DNA of 64,000 nucleotides, from NCBI GenBank assembly GCA_050953725.1, contig JBMNNB010000003.1:463244-527243 (forward strand), given 5' to 3'. The position numbers and the translations under genes were made by a program. The DNA is from Acutalibacteraceae bacterium (lineage in GTDB: Bacteria; Bacillota; Clostridia; Oscillospirales; Acutalibacteraceae). The notes beneath the pieces were generated by a model that saw only the letters and a list, made by a program, of their open reading frames with translations, made no database searches and was not told where the DNA came from. Positions 26,030 through 37,200 of the stretch are shown one piece after another (positions within the stretch are counted from its first letter, which is position 1; the number at the start of each line of letters is the position of its first letter).

Positions 26030-26281
26030 ATGGAGATACTTCACTATTTAACGGAACATTCGCTTGTGCTGGTTCCGGCTTTATTGATTATAGGACAGAT
26101 AATAAAAGAGATAGAGAAAATTCCGGATAAATTCATCCCCCTCATTTTGCTGCCGATTGGCATCTTAGGCGCAGTGGGGATTAACGGACTCAGCGCAGAC
26201 TCGGTACTTCAGGGAATCCTGGTTACCGGCGTCAGCGTATACGGAAACCAGCTTGTGAAGCAGCTTAAAAAGCCGGAATAG
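26030..26281 (+). CDS. phage holin
   Basis: 83 aa with 2-3 TM helices and a charged C-terminus KQLKKPE. GAGGAGG RBS. Adjacent to the lysin. Confidence 0.65.
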   Translation: MEILHYLTEHSLVLVPALLIIGQIIKEIEKIPDKFIPLILLPIGILGAVGINGLSADSVLQGILVTGVSVYGNQLVKQLKKPE

Positions 26282-26292
26282 AGTATAATAAC

Positions 26293-26332
26293 AGCAGGGA
26301 GAGGCAATAGCTTCTCCCTGCTTTGATTTTTT
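26293..26332 (+). terminator. bidirectional terminator
   Basis: AGCAGGGAGA (26293-26302) pairs with TCTCCCTGCT (26313-26322), followed by TTGATTTTTT. Confidence 0.7.
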
Positions 26333-26335
26333 CTT

Positions 26336-27808
26336 TCAGTTATTACTTCTTATGGCAAGCTTTATCTCCGAGATATTCTCCTCTGAAGGATAGTCCTTGA
26401 GCACGATGATATTCGTTTTCTTCAAATCGGGGAGCATTGAGGCGATGTTCGGCACGGTGGAGGCCACAAGGTCATATCTGTCCGGCTCGGGCAAGGGCTG
26501 GCCGGAGTGCAGATAGTAGGGTATTGTTTCGACCTTGCGGGTCTTTGCGCCGTTGATGGTCTCCTCGATGATGTCTGCGATAAAGCCCGTATGTCTCTCG
26601 CTGAAATCGCCTATTACAAGAAGCCTTTTCTTTATTGCCACTCCCGAAAAATCCGGATGCCTGACGCACAGCCAGAAAAGTATGTTGTGGAAGCTTTCGG
26701 TCAGATTCACGCCGAGTTTAGCGGACAGCAGCTCGGTCTGCCGATACAGATAGTCGTAGACATCTTTGTTTCTGCTCTTAAACAGGCTGGCGAAGTATTC
26801 CACCCTGTTAAACAGGGTCGAGGCCTTCATATTAAAGAAAACACCGAGGTTGTACGCCCCGCCAAGAACCGTATAGCCCTCCTCAAGCCAGGATTCGTCG
26901 GGTGGCAGGTCAATGATTTTGAGGGAATTTGTCAAGAACTCATCGAAGTGTATACGGATGTTGTTCCATTCCTTACAGGTCCTTATGTCCCTGTGGTGCA
27001 TCTTCAGGCCTGCACATATGGCTTTAAGGGTGTTTTTCGTAGCATCGGGGAACTTTTTTCTGACAAGGTTTAACGTGCTGTCGGAAATTTCCTCTTCAAA
27101 CTCAGGCGGGAAAGACTGAGCATGAAAGCCCTGCATCTCCCTTAACATCGAGACTAAGAAGAAGATTGCATCATATATGCGTGAGTGCTCGCTTAACAGT
27201 CTGTCATAATGCGGGTTAAGCTCTCGAAGCACCTGACTCATATAATCGCCGCTCAGGTCAATTTCATTATCTTTAAGCCACTGCTCAAACATGCTCCTTT
27301 CAAGCCCCCGAATCTCAAGGCTGAACCAGGCGCAAAGCCGTCTGAACTGCTGCTCGTCCGGGGCATGCAGATAATAGCCTTCCTTGTTTTTTACGATTCT
27401 GACGCCCGTGTCGTCGTGCCTTTTGCCGTTGAACTTCAGAATCATTCTGGCAAGGGTCGACTGGCTTGCAAAGACATTCGACTTGTGAAATTCGGCATTC
27501 TTGAAGGGGTAGAAGAAAATGCCCTGAAAAAGCAGTAAAGGCTGAGACTCGATAAAAATCTCCTTGCAGATTGTTTCGAGGGTATAGATGCTGCAGGACT
27601 TAATGGAAACGCCGCTTTTGGCGGAAACGTCGACAACAAGCCGGTCGCCCCACCTTTCACGGATAAAGGCAATGTCATCATGGACTGTTCTGACGCTTGC
27701 CTTCACGCTCTTGGCGATTTCCTTGAAGGTCAGACTTTGCTCTCTTAGTGCAAAAAGCTCGAGAATCTTTATTATCCTTTGTGATGAAATATCAAGCAAC
27801 CTGCGCAT
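26336..27808 (-). CDS. Mga/BglG-like HTH transcriptional regulator
   Basis: N-terminal wHTH (RIIKILELFALREQSLTFKEIAKSVKASVRTVHDDIAFI) and a C-terminal EIIB-like segment. About 490 aa counted from ATG 27808. Confidence 0.5.
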   Translation of the reverse strand: MRRLLDISSQRIIKILELFALREQSLTFKEIAKSVKASVRTVHDDIAFIRERWGDRLVVDVSAKSGVSIKSCSIYTLETICKEIFIESQPLLLFQGIFFYPFKNAEFHKSNVFASQSTLARMILKFNGKRHDDTGVRIVKNKEGYYLHAPDEQQFRRLCAWFSLEIRGLERSMFEQWLKDNEIDLSGDYMSQVLRELNPHYDRLLSEHSRIYDAIFFLVSMLREMQGFHAQSFPPEFEEEISDSTLNLVRKKFPDATKNTLKAICAGLKMHHRDIRTCKEWNNIRIHFDEFLTNSLKIIDLPPDESWLEEGYTVLGGAYNLGVFFNMKASTLFNRVEYFASLFKSRNKDVYDYLYRQTELLSAKLGVNLTESFHNILFWLCVRHPDFSGVAIKKRLLVIGDFSERHTGFIADIIEETINGAKTRKVETIPYYLHSGQPLPEPDRYDLVASTVPNIASMLPDLKKTNIIVLKDYPSEENISEIKLAIRSNN

Positions 27809-28003
27809 TTTATCATCTTCTCTCCGGAAATAGAATATTTTCGGATTTTGCAGCCTGCGCTGCTTTTTCTGACATTGTATCACAAGCTTGTGTCATTGTC
27901 CAATAGTCAAACGACACAATATGATATTTTTTCACATTTTAGACGGTGATATTATCACTGACGGCTTTGTCTGAAAACTATTTAACACCCGGCTGAATTT
28001 AAG

Positions 28004-28034
28004 ACAAAAAAAGGCACTGCATTTAAGCAGTGCC
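28004..28034 (-). terminator. Rho-independent terminator (histidine kinase operon)
   Basis: GGCACTGC (28013-28020) pairs with GCAGTGCC (28027-28034). The minus strand continues with T7. Confidence 0.8.
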
Positions 28035-28047
28035 GGTGTTATTTTTA

Positions 28048-30885
28048 TCAGGCTTGCGGGGGTTCGCCTCTGTAAATCGGCAGGCAGACCTTAGCTTTAA
28101 ACAAATCTCCGTCAATATGAATCGTAAACTGTCCCTTTTGCAGCTCGCAGAGGCTTTCGGCGATTGACAGTCCGAGGCCGCTGCCCTCGCCCGTTCTTGC
28201 CTCGTCCGCTCTCACGAACCTCTGGGTCAGCTCCTCTACGGGGATGTTGAGGGCATGGGCGGAGATGTTCTTGACAGAGAAGCAGCCGTAGCCGTTCTCC
28301 ACGTTTGTTTCCACATAGACCCTTGTGCCGGGCATGGTGTACTTGCGGACATTCGAGAACAGGTTCTCGAAAATGCGCCATGTCTGCTGGCTGTCGGCTA
28401 AAACTATGGGCTGGACTTCGGGGCTTGCGATTATGATTTCTATGCCCTTTTCCTCAAGCACGTCGCTGTTTTCGCCGCTAATCTGCATCGCAAGCTCGTA
28501 GAGGTTGACCGGTGAGAGGTTCAGCTTTACGTTGCCCGTGGACACCTTTGAGGCCTCCATCAAGTCCTCGATAAGTCCTTTAAGGCGGTTGGATTTTTCC
28601 TTTAATATGCCGATATACTCGTTTGCAGGCTCGCCGTATTCGCCGCTGCGCTGGAGCAGGTCAACATAGTTTACAATCGAGGTCAGCGGGGTTTTAAGGT
28701 CGTGGGACACGTTTGTGATAAGCTCCGCTTTAAGCCTTTCGCCCTTTACGGCGGTTTCGACTGCGGCCTTTGTGCCCTCGTTTATATTCATGATGTCGCT
28801 TGCAAGACCCGCTAAGGGCCGGGGCATGGCAGCCGGATTGAGGACATTGTCGTATTTGCCGAGCGCAATCTGCGAGGCGGCAAAGGCAATATTGTCAAGT
28901 GCTGAGATGAACATGAAAATCTTATACAGGCAGGCGGCGTTAAAGGCTAAGGTCAGGCCTATAAGAATAAGAGCCAATAAGCCGTATTCTCCGTAGACGA
29001 TTACCTGCACCATAAAAATACCCGTGATGAGAATGAGTACGCCGTTTGCGCCTACAAACAGCAGTCCGAAGAGCAGAAGGTTCTTCTTGAGTGCTTTAAG
29101 GCTGTCGGTGGTGACCATCTTTGCCATTTGGGCGATTCGCTTGAAGGGTTTAAAGATAAAAGCAAAGAAGCGTTTTATGAGCTTGACAAGCTTTCTGAAC
29201 AGCCTGCCCAGAAGTGCGAGGATTTTCGCCGTCAGTGAGTGGGAGAAGTATCTTTTGAGCCTTGTGTTTCTTGAAATCGAGCTGAACAGCTCAAGGCCGG
29301 CGGCTGCAGCAATCATCAAGGCCGACGGCACAATCAGGCCAAAGGACTGATTAATCTCTTCAAAGCGGTATTCCGGCGAATCGTAGCCTATAAACGGTAT
29401 GGCGATGTTTTCCGCAAGGCTCACCGTCATTCCGCTGACAATTACAATCATTGTCGCAATAACACCGCCGGACACGATGAAATGTATGTCGTTGAATATG
29501 CGGTCTATGAAGTACAGCCTGCCGCCGTCCGGGCTTTCGCCGGAGGTAAGAATAAGAGCAAGGCTCAGAATAATCGAGATTATGAAGCCTATAAGGAAGA
29601 GAATCAGATTTGAGTTAAAGGTGGACGCAAGATAATTGTAGTCCTCAAAGGGGACGCTCAGCCTGTCGCTCTGCTCGAAGGTCTGCGGCAGGGCGAGATA
29701 CAGGATATACCTGTCCGAGCAGAAACGCTGAAGGCTGCTTATGGTTTTATCCGCAAGGTCGTTTCTGTTGTACTGGGAGGGCGTTAAGGTAAGAGCAGTG
29801 CCGTTTTCATAAACGGGCTTGCCGATTTTAAGCCCCTGCTCCGAGGAGAAAACAAGCATCCACGAGAAATCTGCGGCTGCATCGCCTATGTCGAGGGGGT
29901 TTTCGGGCTTAATGCTTCCCTCATAGAAATTGCTCTCCGTTTTGCCCGTCAGCTTGTCATATAAGATGTATTTGAAGTTGCTGTAACTGTTTACGCCCTG
30001 CTTTGCGTTTTCGAAGCCGGCCTTAAAATTGTTTAAGATATTCAGCTCGGTATTCTGCATCCGCTCAAAATAATAGTCGTCGATGCTGTCGCTTGAATAA
30101 TCCCTTATAAGCTCCTTTTCGGAAAAAAGCTGCACGGTGTCCGAATAGAGATTATATAAGCTGTCTGCTAAGTCGTCGAACGAGTAATAATCTTTGTTTA
30201 TGGCATTATAGTATTGCTCCAGAAGCTCCTCGGCACGGCTCATATTGTCCGTGTCGGGCTTGTCGGGCAGGGTCACTGAGTATTTTATTATAAAGGCGGT
30301 TATCTTTTCGCTGCTTTGGACGTCGCCCGTTTCACCGATGTTCAGATCGTCGCTTACCTCATCGGGGACTTTGGTCGGCGACGGCTCGGTAGTTTCATGG
30401 TATTCGGTTGCGTATCTTTGCTCAGGATGTGTGGTGTGCAAATTGCCGTCACTGAATGACTGACCGAAGAGCTTGGTTACAAAGGCATTATAGGAGACCT
30501 TGCTGTAAGGTTCAGCCTTGCCGACAGCTCTCTCTATTTCGCCGAACATCCTTGCGAGCTTCAGCATGGCGATATATTCCTCATACCTGTCCTTTATCGA
30601 GTTTTGTATGCCGTTCTCTATGGCATAAGCGACAAAAGATTCCGAGTCGACGGTTATTTCCTTGTCCTTGTGCTTTAAATAGGTGGTGAGCATATTCGCA
30701 TACTCGATATACTGCTCGTAGAATCTGCGTGTGTCCGTATAGGCGGTGCCTGCGGGAGAGGGCAGGTTATATACAAATACGGATTTTAAGAGGGGCGTAA
30801 AGCCCATGGAGGTAATCAGATAGACGACCAGTACAAAGCAAAGAAATACGGTCCTCTTGAAACCAAAAGATGTCTTGCCCTTCAT
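28048..30885 (-). CDS. sensor histidine kinase with large N-terminal extracytoplasmic region
   Basis: H-box ITNVSHDLKTPLTSI and a C-terminal HATPase region (GSGLGLSIA). Several TM helices. GGAGG RBS. Confidence 0.85.
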   Translation of the reverse strand: MKGKTSFGFKRTVFLCFVLVVYLITSMGFTPLLKSVFVYNLPSPAGTAYTDTRRFYEQYIEYANMLTTYLKHKDKEITVDSESFVAYAIENGIQNSIKDRYEEYIAMLKLARMFGEIERAVGKAEPYSKVSYNAFVTKLFGQSFSDGNLHTTHPEQRYATEYHETTEPSPTKVPDEVSDDLNIGETGDVQSSEKITAFIIKYSVTLPDKPDTDNMSRAEELLEQYYNAINKDYYSFDDLADSLYNLYSDTVQLFSEKELIRDYSSDSIDDYYFERMQNTELNILNNFKAGFENAKQGVNSYSNFKYILYDKLTGKTESNFYEGSIKPENPLDIGDAAADFSWMLVFSSEQGLKIGKPVYENGTALTLTPSQYNRNDLADKTISSLQRFCSDRYILYLALPQTFEQSDRLSVPFEDYNYLASTFNSNLILFLIGFIISIILSLALILTSGESPDGGRLYFIDRIFNDIHFIVSGGVIATMIVIVSGMTVSLAENIAIPFIGYDSPEYRFEEINQSFGLIVPSALMIAAAAGLELFSSISRNTRLKRYFSHSLTAKILALLGRLFRKLVKLIKRFFAFIFKPFKRIAQMAKMVTTDSLKALKKNLLLFGLLFVGANGVLILITGIFMVQVIVYGEYGLLALILIGLTLAFNAACLYKIFMFISALDNIAFAASQIALGKYDNVLNPAAMPRPLAGLASDIMNINEGTKAAVETAVKGERLKAELITNVSHDLKTPLTSIVNYVDLLQRSGEYGEPANEYIGILKEKSNRLKGLIEDLMEASKVSTGNVKLNLSPVNLYELAMQISGENSDVLEEKGIEIIIASPEVQPIVLADSQQTWRIFENLFSNVRKYTMPGTRVYVETNVENGYGCFSVKNISAHALNIPVEELTQRFVRADEARTGEGSGLGLSIAESLCELQKGQFTIHIDGDLFKAKVCLPIYRGEPPQA

Positions 30886-30948
30886 TATAATTAGCCTCCG
30901 TAATAACGCTTTAAGCGTAAGATGTACACTTTGCCCTTCCCGGTAGAT

Positions 30949-31638
30949 TTACTGCTTTTCTATTTTATATCCCACGCCCCATACGACCTTTATGTAGCGG
31001 GGCTCCTTCGGGTTAATCTCAATCTTTTCCCTTATGCGCCTTATGTGCACCGTCACGGTCTTTTCGCCCGTGATAAAGGGCTCGTTCCAGACCGCCTCGT
31101 AAATCTGTGCGGTGGAAAGCACCCTGCCCATGTTCCGCATAAGGCACTCCACTATGCCGTATTCTGTGGCGGTCAGCTTGACCGGCTCGCCGTCGACGGT
31201 GACCTCATGCGCTTTCAGGTCAACCACAAGGCCGCCGTTTACAAGCACGTCCTCCTTGATTTCGATGCTGCCGAGGGACGTGAAGCGTCTTATCTGTGAT
31301 TTTACCCTTGCCATAAGCTCAAGGGGATTAAAGGGCTTTGTCACATAGTCGTCGGCGCCGAAAGACAGCCCCGTAATCTTGTCGCTGTCCTCACTCTTTG
31401 CCGAGAGAAGTATTATAGGAATATTGTTTGTTTCACGAAGCTTGAGAGTCGCCCTAAGGCCGTCGGTGCCGGGCATCATAATGTCCAGTATCATGCAGTG
31501 GATTTCGTTTTCGGCTGCAATCTTTAAAGCCTTGTCGCCGTTTTCCGCCTTCAGGACGTTGTAGCCCTCCAGCTTCAGATATATCTCCAATGCGTCGAGT
31601 ATGGCCTTGTCGTCATCGCAAACAAGAACATTGTACAT
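30949..31638 (-). CDS. OmpR-family response regulator
   Basis: Receiver domain (VLVCDDD ... ILDIMMPGTDG) plus winged-helix output (VWGVGYK). GGGAGG RBS. Confidence 0.9.
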   Translation of the reverse strand: MYNVLVCDDDKAILDALEIYLKLEGYNVLKAENGDKALKIAAENEIHCMILDIMMPGTDGLRATLKLRETNNIPIILLSAKSEDSDKITGLSFGADDYVTKPFNPLELMARVKSQIRRFTSLGSIEIKEDVLVNGGLVVDLKAHEVTVDGEPVKLTATEYGIVECLMRNMGRVLSTAQIYEAVWNEPFITGEKTVTVHIRRIREKIEINPKEPRYIKVVWGVGYKIEKQ

Positions 31639-31830
31639 TAAGACTTCCTCCCAAAGACAGTTGTCTGTCCCTATTCTAAGCCCCTGCCGCCCTCCGGCGG
31701 TTTTACCGGCTTAGCTTAATTATACATAAAAATAAAATATTGTCACGGGCAAACATTTTTCCTTATGATTATTGTAGGGGAAAATTTCAAAGAAAAAGGC
31801 GATAAAAGTATTAAGATTCGGTAAAAAGCG

Positions 31831-31861
31831 CAAAAAAAATCAGCAAAGATTTCTTTGCTGA
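31831..31861 (-). terminator. Rho-independent terminator
   Basis: TCAGCAAA (31840-31847) pairs with TTTGCTGA (31854-31861). The minus strand continues with T8. Confidence 0.8.
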
Positions 31862-31890
31862 CTTGTATGGCTTTTGCGGAATACACGGCG

Positions 31891-32061
31891 CTAATCTATT
31901 TCACAAACCTGCTGCACGTTGACGCAGCACAGGGCTTCCTCAAACTTTTTGTCTTCATGAGTCTTTTTTACAACAAAGGTGGTGGCGAAAAAGGCACCCG
32001 ACAGTAAGAGTGCGGTCAGAAAAATAACAAACCGTTTAAAAGTATCCCTTCCCATTCTCAT
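31891..32061 (-). CDS. small membrane protein (about 56 aa)
   Basis: AAGGAG (32074-32069) lies upstream of tandem ATGs at 32067, 32061 and 32055. One TM helix FVIFLTALLLSGAFFATTFVV. Confidence 0.35.
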   Translation of the reverse strand: MRMGRDTFKRFVIFLTALLLSGAFFATTFVVKKTHEDKKFEEALCCVNVQQVCEID

Positions 32062-32153
32062 TCTCATTCTCCTTTTTTCTTCTCTCGCCCATATAATACC
32101 ATAATGCTCCAAAAATGTAAACAATAAGACAGAATTTTTTTCTTTTCAGGACG

Positions 32154-32188
32154 CAAAAAAAGCCGAAGAATCATCTTCGGCTTTTTTT
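32154..32188 (-). terminator. bidirectional terminator (gdhA)
   Basis: AGCCGAAGA pairs with TCTTCGGCT, flanked by A7 and T7. Confidence 0.85.
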
Positions 32189-32209
32189 ATTCGGTTTGCG
32201 CCTTAAGGC

Positions 32210-33556
32210 TTAGTAAACTCCCTGTGCTATCATAGCATCCGCAACCTTTTTAAAGCCTGCTATGTTTGCACCTGCTATCAGGTTGTATCCGAAGCCGTAC
32301 TCCTCTGCGGCCCTTGCGCTGTTAAAGTGTATGTTCTTCATAATTTCCATCAAAAGCTCGTCGACAGCGTCTGCAGTCCAGCTTCTGCGCTCGGAGTTCT
32401 GGCTCATTTCAAGGGCGGAGACCGCTACGCCGCCTGCGTTGGCCGCCTTTGAGGGAGCGACTGCCCTGAGATTTTCGGAGAGGTAGCCGAGAGCGCCGTT
32501 GGAGGTGGGCATATTTGAAACCTCGATGTAATACTTTACGCCGTTAGCAACGATTTTCTTTGCATCCTCCATGTCGACCTCGTTCTGCGTGGCGCAGGGC
32601 ATGATGATGTCGACCTTTTCGCCCCACGGCTTCTGGCCGGGATGGAAGGAGGCGCCGAACTCCTTTGCATAGTCCGAGAGCTGTACGTCGCCCACATAGC
32701 GAAGTCTGTTAAGGTAATCGAATTTTTCCTGTGTGTTTACGCCGTTTTTGTCGTAAACATAGCCCGTCGGGTCGGAGATAGTTACGACCTTTGCGCCGAG
32801 CTGGGTTGCCTTAACCGCAACGCCCCATGCCACGTTGCCGTAGCCGGAGATAGCTATGGTCTTGCCCTCAAGACTGTCGCCGAAGTGTTTAAGCACCTCG
32901 TTTGTATAATATATTGCTCCGAAGCCCGTAGCCTCGGGACGAAGCAGGGAGCCGCCGTATTCAAGTCCCTTGCCGGTGAATACTCCGTTCTCGAAATTGC
33001 CCCTGATTCGTTTGTACTGTCCGAAGAGATAGCCGATTTCCCTGCCGCCGACGCCTATGTCGCCTGCGGGAACGTCCGTGTCCGGACCTATATGGCGGTA
33101 AAGCTCTGTCATAAAAGCCTGACAGAAGCGCATTACCTCGCCTTCGCTTTTTCCGATGGGGTCAAAGTCCGAGCCGCCCTTGCCGCCGCCTATGGGCAGG
33201 CCCGTAAGGCTGTTTTTAAAGACCTGCTCAAAACCGAGGAACTTTATTATGCCGGGATAAACGGAGGGGTGAAAGCGGAGTCCGCCCTTGTACGGGCCTA
33301 TCGCACTGTTAAACTGCACCCTGTAACCGGTGTTTACTCTGATGTTGCCGCTGTCGTCTGTCCAGCATACTCTGAAGGAAATGAAACGCTCGGGCTCAAC
33401 CATGCGGGCGAGAATATTGTACTTCTCGTATTCGGGATGCCTTGCTATTACAGGCTCAAGGGAGGTGAAAACCTCCTCTACCGTCTGTAAAAACTCAGGC
33501 TCGTTTGCATACTTCTTTTTTGTGTCACTGATAACCCTTGCTATGTACTGATTCAT
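32210..33556 (-). CDS. gdhA: NADP-specific glutamate dehydrogenase
   Basis: 448 aa. GLPIGGGKGGSDFDP active-site region and a Rossmann motif (ISGYGNVAWG). Confidence 0.9.
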   Translation of the reverse strand: MNQYIARVISDTKKKYANEPEFLQTVEEVFTSLEPVIARHPEYEKYNILARMVEPERFISFRVCWTDDSGNIRVNTGYRVQFNSAIGPYKGGLRFHPSVYPGIIKFLGFEQVFKNSLTGLPIGGGKGGSDFDPIGKSEGEVMRFCQAFMTELYRHIGPDTDVPAGDIGVGGREIGYLFGQYKRIRGNFENGVFTGKGLEYGGSLLRPEATGFGAIYYTNEVLKHFGDSLEGKTIAISGYGNVAWGVAVKATQLGAKVVTISDPTGYVYDKNGVNTQEKFDYLNRLRYVGDVQLSDYAKEFGASFHPGQKPWGEKVDIIMPCATQNEVDMEDAKKIVANGVKYYIEVSNMPTSNGALGYLSENLRAVAPSKAANAGGVAVSALEMSQNSERRSWTADAVDELLMEIMKNIHFNSARAAEEYGFGYNLIAGANIAGFKKVADAMIAQGVY

Positions 33557-34272
33557 GATTTGCCCCTTCAAAACTTCGCTGCATTCAAAATCAGCAAAAA
33601 TAACGCTTAAAACCGTAACTTTTAAGCAATGAGTATTGTACCCCTATTTTTCTAAAAAAACAACGGATAAATTCCCATTGTATACAATTTGTAATAAGCG
33701 ACAAAGCACAGCGCATTTTACCAGATAATTTTATACTTTTTACAAAATTCTGCTGAAATCAATATGTCATTTTATGTAATTTAATTGCATTAAATGGCAA
33801 ATATTGTATTAAAAATGAAATCAGGGTGCGGGGAATTAAATATAAGAATTGGCATTTTATGCATAACGCAATTGTAAGAACTGCCAATTCGGCGGAAACA
33901 AGGCGTATTTTTATACTTTTGCGCTGATTTTATGAGAGCCTGAGTAAATAAGGAGCATCAAAAAGGAAATAACTATACAGTCCTTAAAATCGCACAAAAT
34001 TTAAGCTGATTTCGGATAATTTTATTGAAAAATCACTTTTTTCCGCAATAATATGCAAAGTATGAAAATCGTATTTACAATATAAGAAAAAGGTGTTAAA
34101 CTATTTTTGTTATAAAAATAACGGTCGGAAAGCAAGATTGCTCCCTGCAGTTTTGAGTTCCGCCGTATTTGCGTGTTCATTTCCTTTTCATTTGGAGCTG
34201 GACATGCTTATAAGCGGGTCACACTTTACCGTTTAACAGTCGGCAAATTAATACAGGAGGAAACAATATAAA

Positions 34273-37200
34273 ATGGCCAGAAAAATGAAGACATTAAAGG
34301 GTAACTCTGCGGCCGCATATGTGTCATATGCGTTTACCGAAGTTGCAGCGATTTATCCTATCACTCCCTCCTCGGACATGGCGGAAGAAACCGACAAGAT
34401 GTCCACTGACGGAGTGAAAAACATTTTCGGACAGACTGTAAGAGTTGCGGAAATGCAGTCTGAGGCAGGCGCAGCAGGTGCTGTTCACGGTTCCCTCGCA
34501 GCAGGCGCACTTACAACTACCTACACCGCTTCTCAGGGTCTGCTTCTCATGATTCCCAACATGTATAAAATCGCCGGTGAGCTTTTACCGAACGTTATCC
34601 ACGTTTCGGCCCGTGCGGTTGCAAGCCATGCGCTTAGCATCTTCGGCGACCATTCGGACATCTATGCCTGCCGCCAGACAGGCTATGCAATGCTCTGCTC
34701 CGGCAACGTTCAGGAAGTTATGGACCTCGGCGCCGTTGCTCACCTTGCAACAATCAAGAGCCGTGTTCCGTTCCTTCACTTCTTTGACGGCTTCCGTACC
34801 TCTCACGAAATCCAGAAGATTCACGTCTGGGATTACAACGAGCTCAGAGATATGGTCGACATGGACTGCGTAAACGCATTCCGCCGCCGTGCTCTCAACC
34901 CAGAGCGTCCGGTACTTCGTGGCTCCGCTCAGAACCCGGACATCTTCTTCCAGGCAAGAGAGGCCTCCAACCCCTTCTATGACGACGTTGTTGTTGCAAC
35001 AGAGCATTATCTTGCAGAGGTCAACAAGCGTGCCGGCACGGATTACAAGCTCTTTAACTACTACGGCGCTCCCGACGCCGACAGAGTCATCATCGCAATG
35101 GGCTCGGTCTGCGACACAATCGAGGAGACAATAGACTATCTCAACGCAAACGGCGAAAAGGTCGGTCTTGTAAAGGTTCGCCTTTATCGTCCCTTCTCCG
35201 CAAAGCACCTTATCGAAGCTATCCCCGAGACTGTTAAGTCAATCTCCGTACTTGACAGGACAAAGGAGCCCGGCTCACTGGGCGAGCCCTTATACCTTGA
35301 CGTTGTTGCAGCTCTGCATGACTCAAAGTTTAAGGATGTTACGATTCTTTCAGGCCGCTACGGTCTCGGCTCAAAGGATACAAACCCCACCTGCGTATTC
35401 GCAGTATATGACAACATGAAGGCTTCCGAGCCGAAGAAGAGATTCACAGTCGGCATCAACGACGACGTTACAAATCTCTCTCTGCCCCTTACAAACCATG
35501 TTGACACCACTCCCGAGGGCACACATTCATGTAAGTTCTGGGGTCTGGGCGCAGACGGTACCGTCAGTGCTAACCAGAACTCCATTAAGATTATCGGCGA
35601 CACCACCGATATGTACGCTCAGGGCTATTTCGCATACGACTCCAAGAAGTCCGGCGGCGTAACAATTTCTCACCTTCGCTTCGGCAAGAAGCCCATTAAG
35701 TCAACCTACTATGTCAACAAGGCTGACTTTGTCGCCTGCCACAACCCGTCATATGTTGATAAATATGATATGGTTCAGGACCTTAAGAAGGGCGGCGTAT
35801 TCCTGCTTAACTGCGGCTGGAGCGAGGACGAGCTGTCACATCACCTGCCCGCAAAGATGAAGAAGTATATCGCAGAGAACGATATTAAGTTCTATACAAT
35901 CGACGCTACCTCGATAGCTAAGGAACTGGGACTCGGCGGAAGGGTCAACACCATTCTTCAGGCCGCATTCTTCAAGCTCTCCGGAATTATCCCCGTTGAT
36001 AAGGCCGTCGTGCTGATGAAGGACGCAGCGACCCGCTCCTACGGCAAGAAGGGCGAGAAGATTGTCGCCATGAACCACGCCGCTATCGACAAGGGCATTG
36101 ACAGCGCAGTTGAGGTTAAGGTCCCCGCAGAGTGGAAAGACGCTGTTGATGAAGCTGTCGTTCATGAAGTTAAGACAGACCGTCCCGAGCTGAAGAAGTT
36201 CGTTGAGGATGTTCTTAACCCCGTCAGCGCTCAGAAGGGCGACGAGCTGCCTGTTTCAGTCTTTAAGGATTCTCCCGACGGAACCTTCCCGCAGGGCAGC
36301 GCAGCCTTTGAAAAGAGAGGCATCGCAGTCGATGTTCCGAACTGGATACCCGAAAACTGCATCCAGTGTAACTTCTGCTCTTATGTATGCCCGCACGCCG
36401 TTATCCGTCCCGCCGTTACAAACGAGGAGGAGCTCAAAAACGCTCCCGAGGGCATGGAGACACTTCCGATGACAGGCGTTCCCGGACTTAACTTCTCCAT
36501 CACCGTTTCCACGCTCGACTGCACAGGCTGCGGCTCATGCGCCAGCGTATGCCCCGGCAAGAAGGGCGCAAAGGCTCTTGAGATGAAGCCCATCGAGCAG
36601 CAGCTCCCGAAGCAGAAGTACTTCGATTACGGCCTTACACTTTCCGACAAGCCTGAGGTCCTTGAGAAGTTCAAGCCCACAACCGTTAAGGGCAGCCAGT
36701 TCAAGCAGCCCTTACTTGAGTTCTCCGGCGCATGCGCAGGCTGCGGCGAGACTCCCTATGCAAAGCTTGTTACCCAGCTCTACGGCGACAGAATGTATAT
36801 CGCCAACGCTACGGGCTGTTCGTCAATCTGGGGCGGCAGCGCACCCAGCACACCCTACACCGTCAACAAAGAGGGCAAGGGCCCCGCATGGGCAAACTCC
36901 CTGTTTGAGGACAACGCAGAATACGGCTACGGCATGATGCTTGCAAATACTCAAATCAGAAACAGGCTTGAGGAGTGCGTAAAGCTTCTTGCCGATGAGA
37001 ATATCACAGAGGCACTCACCGAGGCCGCCAATAAGTGGCTCGAGACCAAGGAGAACGGCAGCGAGAACACCGCAGCTTCTAAGGCTCTGCTTGCAGCTCT
37101 CTCCGATGCTCAGAAGGGCAGCGACGACGCTAAGGCAGCGGCAGCTGAGATTATGAACGACGCCGACTTCCTTGCCAAGAAGTCCGTATGGATTTTCGGC

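Larger units (their letters stand above)
22729..26281 (+). mobile_element. phage-derived regulator / fibre / lysis module without head, tail, replication or integration genes
   Basis: Seven co-oriented genes as annotated above, bounded by repeat island B on the left and a bidirectional terminator on the right. Confidence 0.6.

Noticed and set aside
31676-31714. Short G+C hairpin (CTAAGCC...GGCTTAG enclosing CCGCC-ctcc-GGCGG-TTTT) upstream of the response-regulator gene, considered as a sixth mini-copy of the G+C-rich family.
   Set aside because: It is only about 40 bp with generic G+C content. It is too short to assign to the family by eye. It may simply be a local hairpin in the promoter region.
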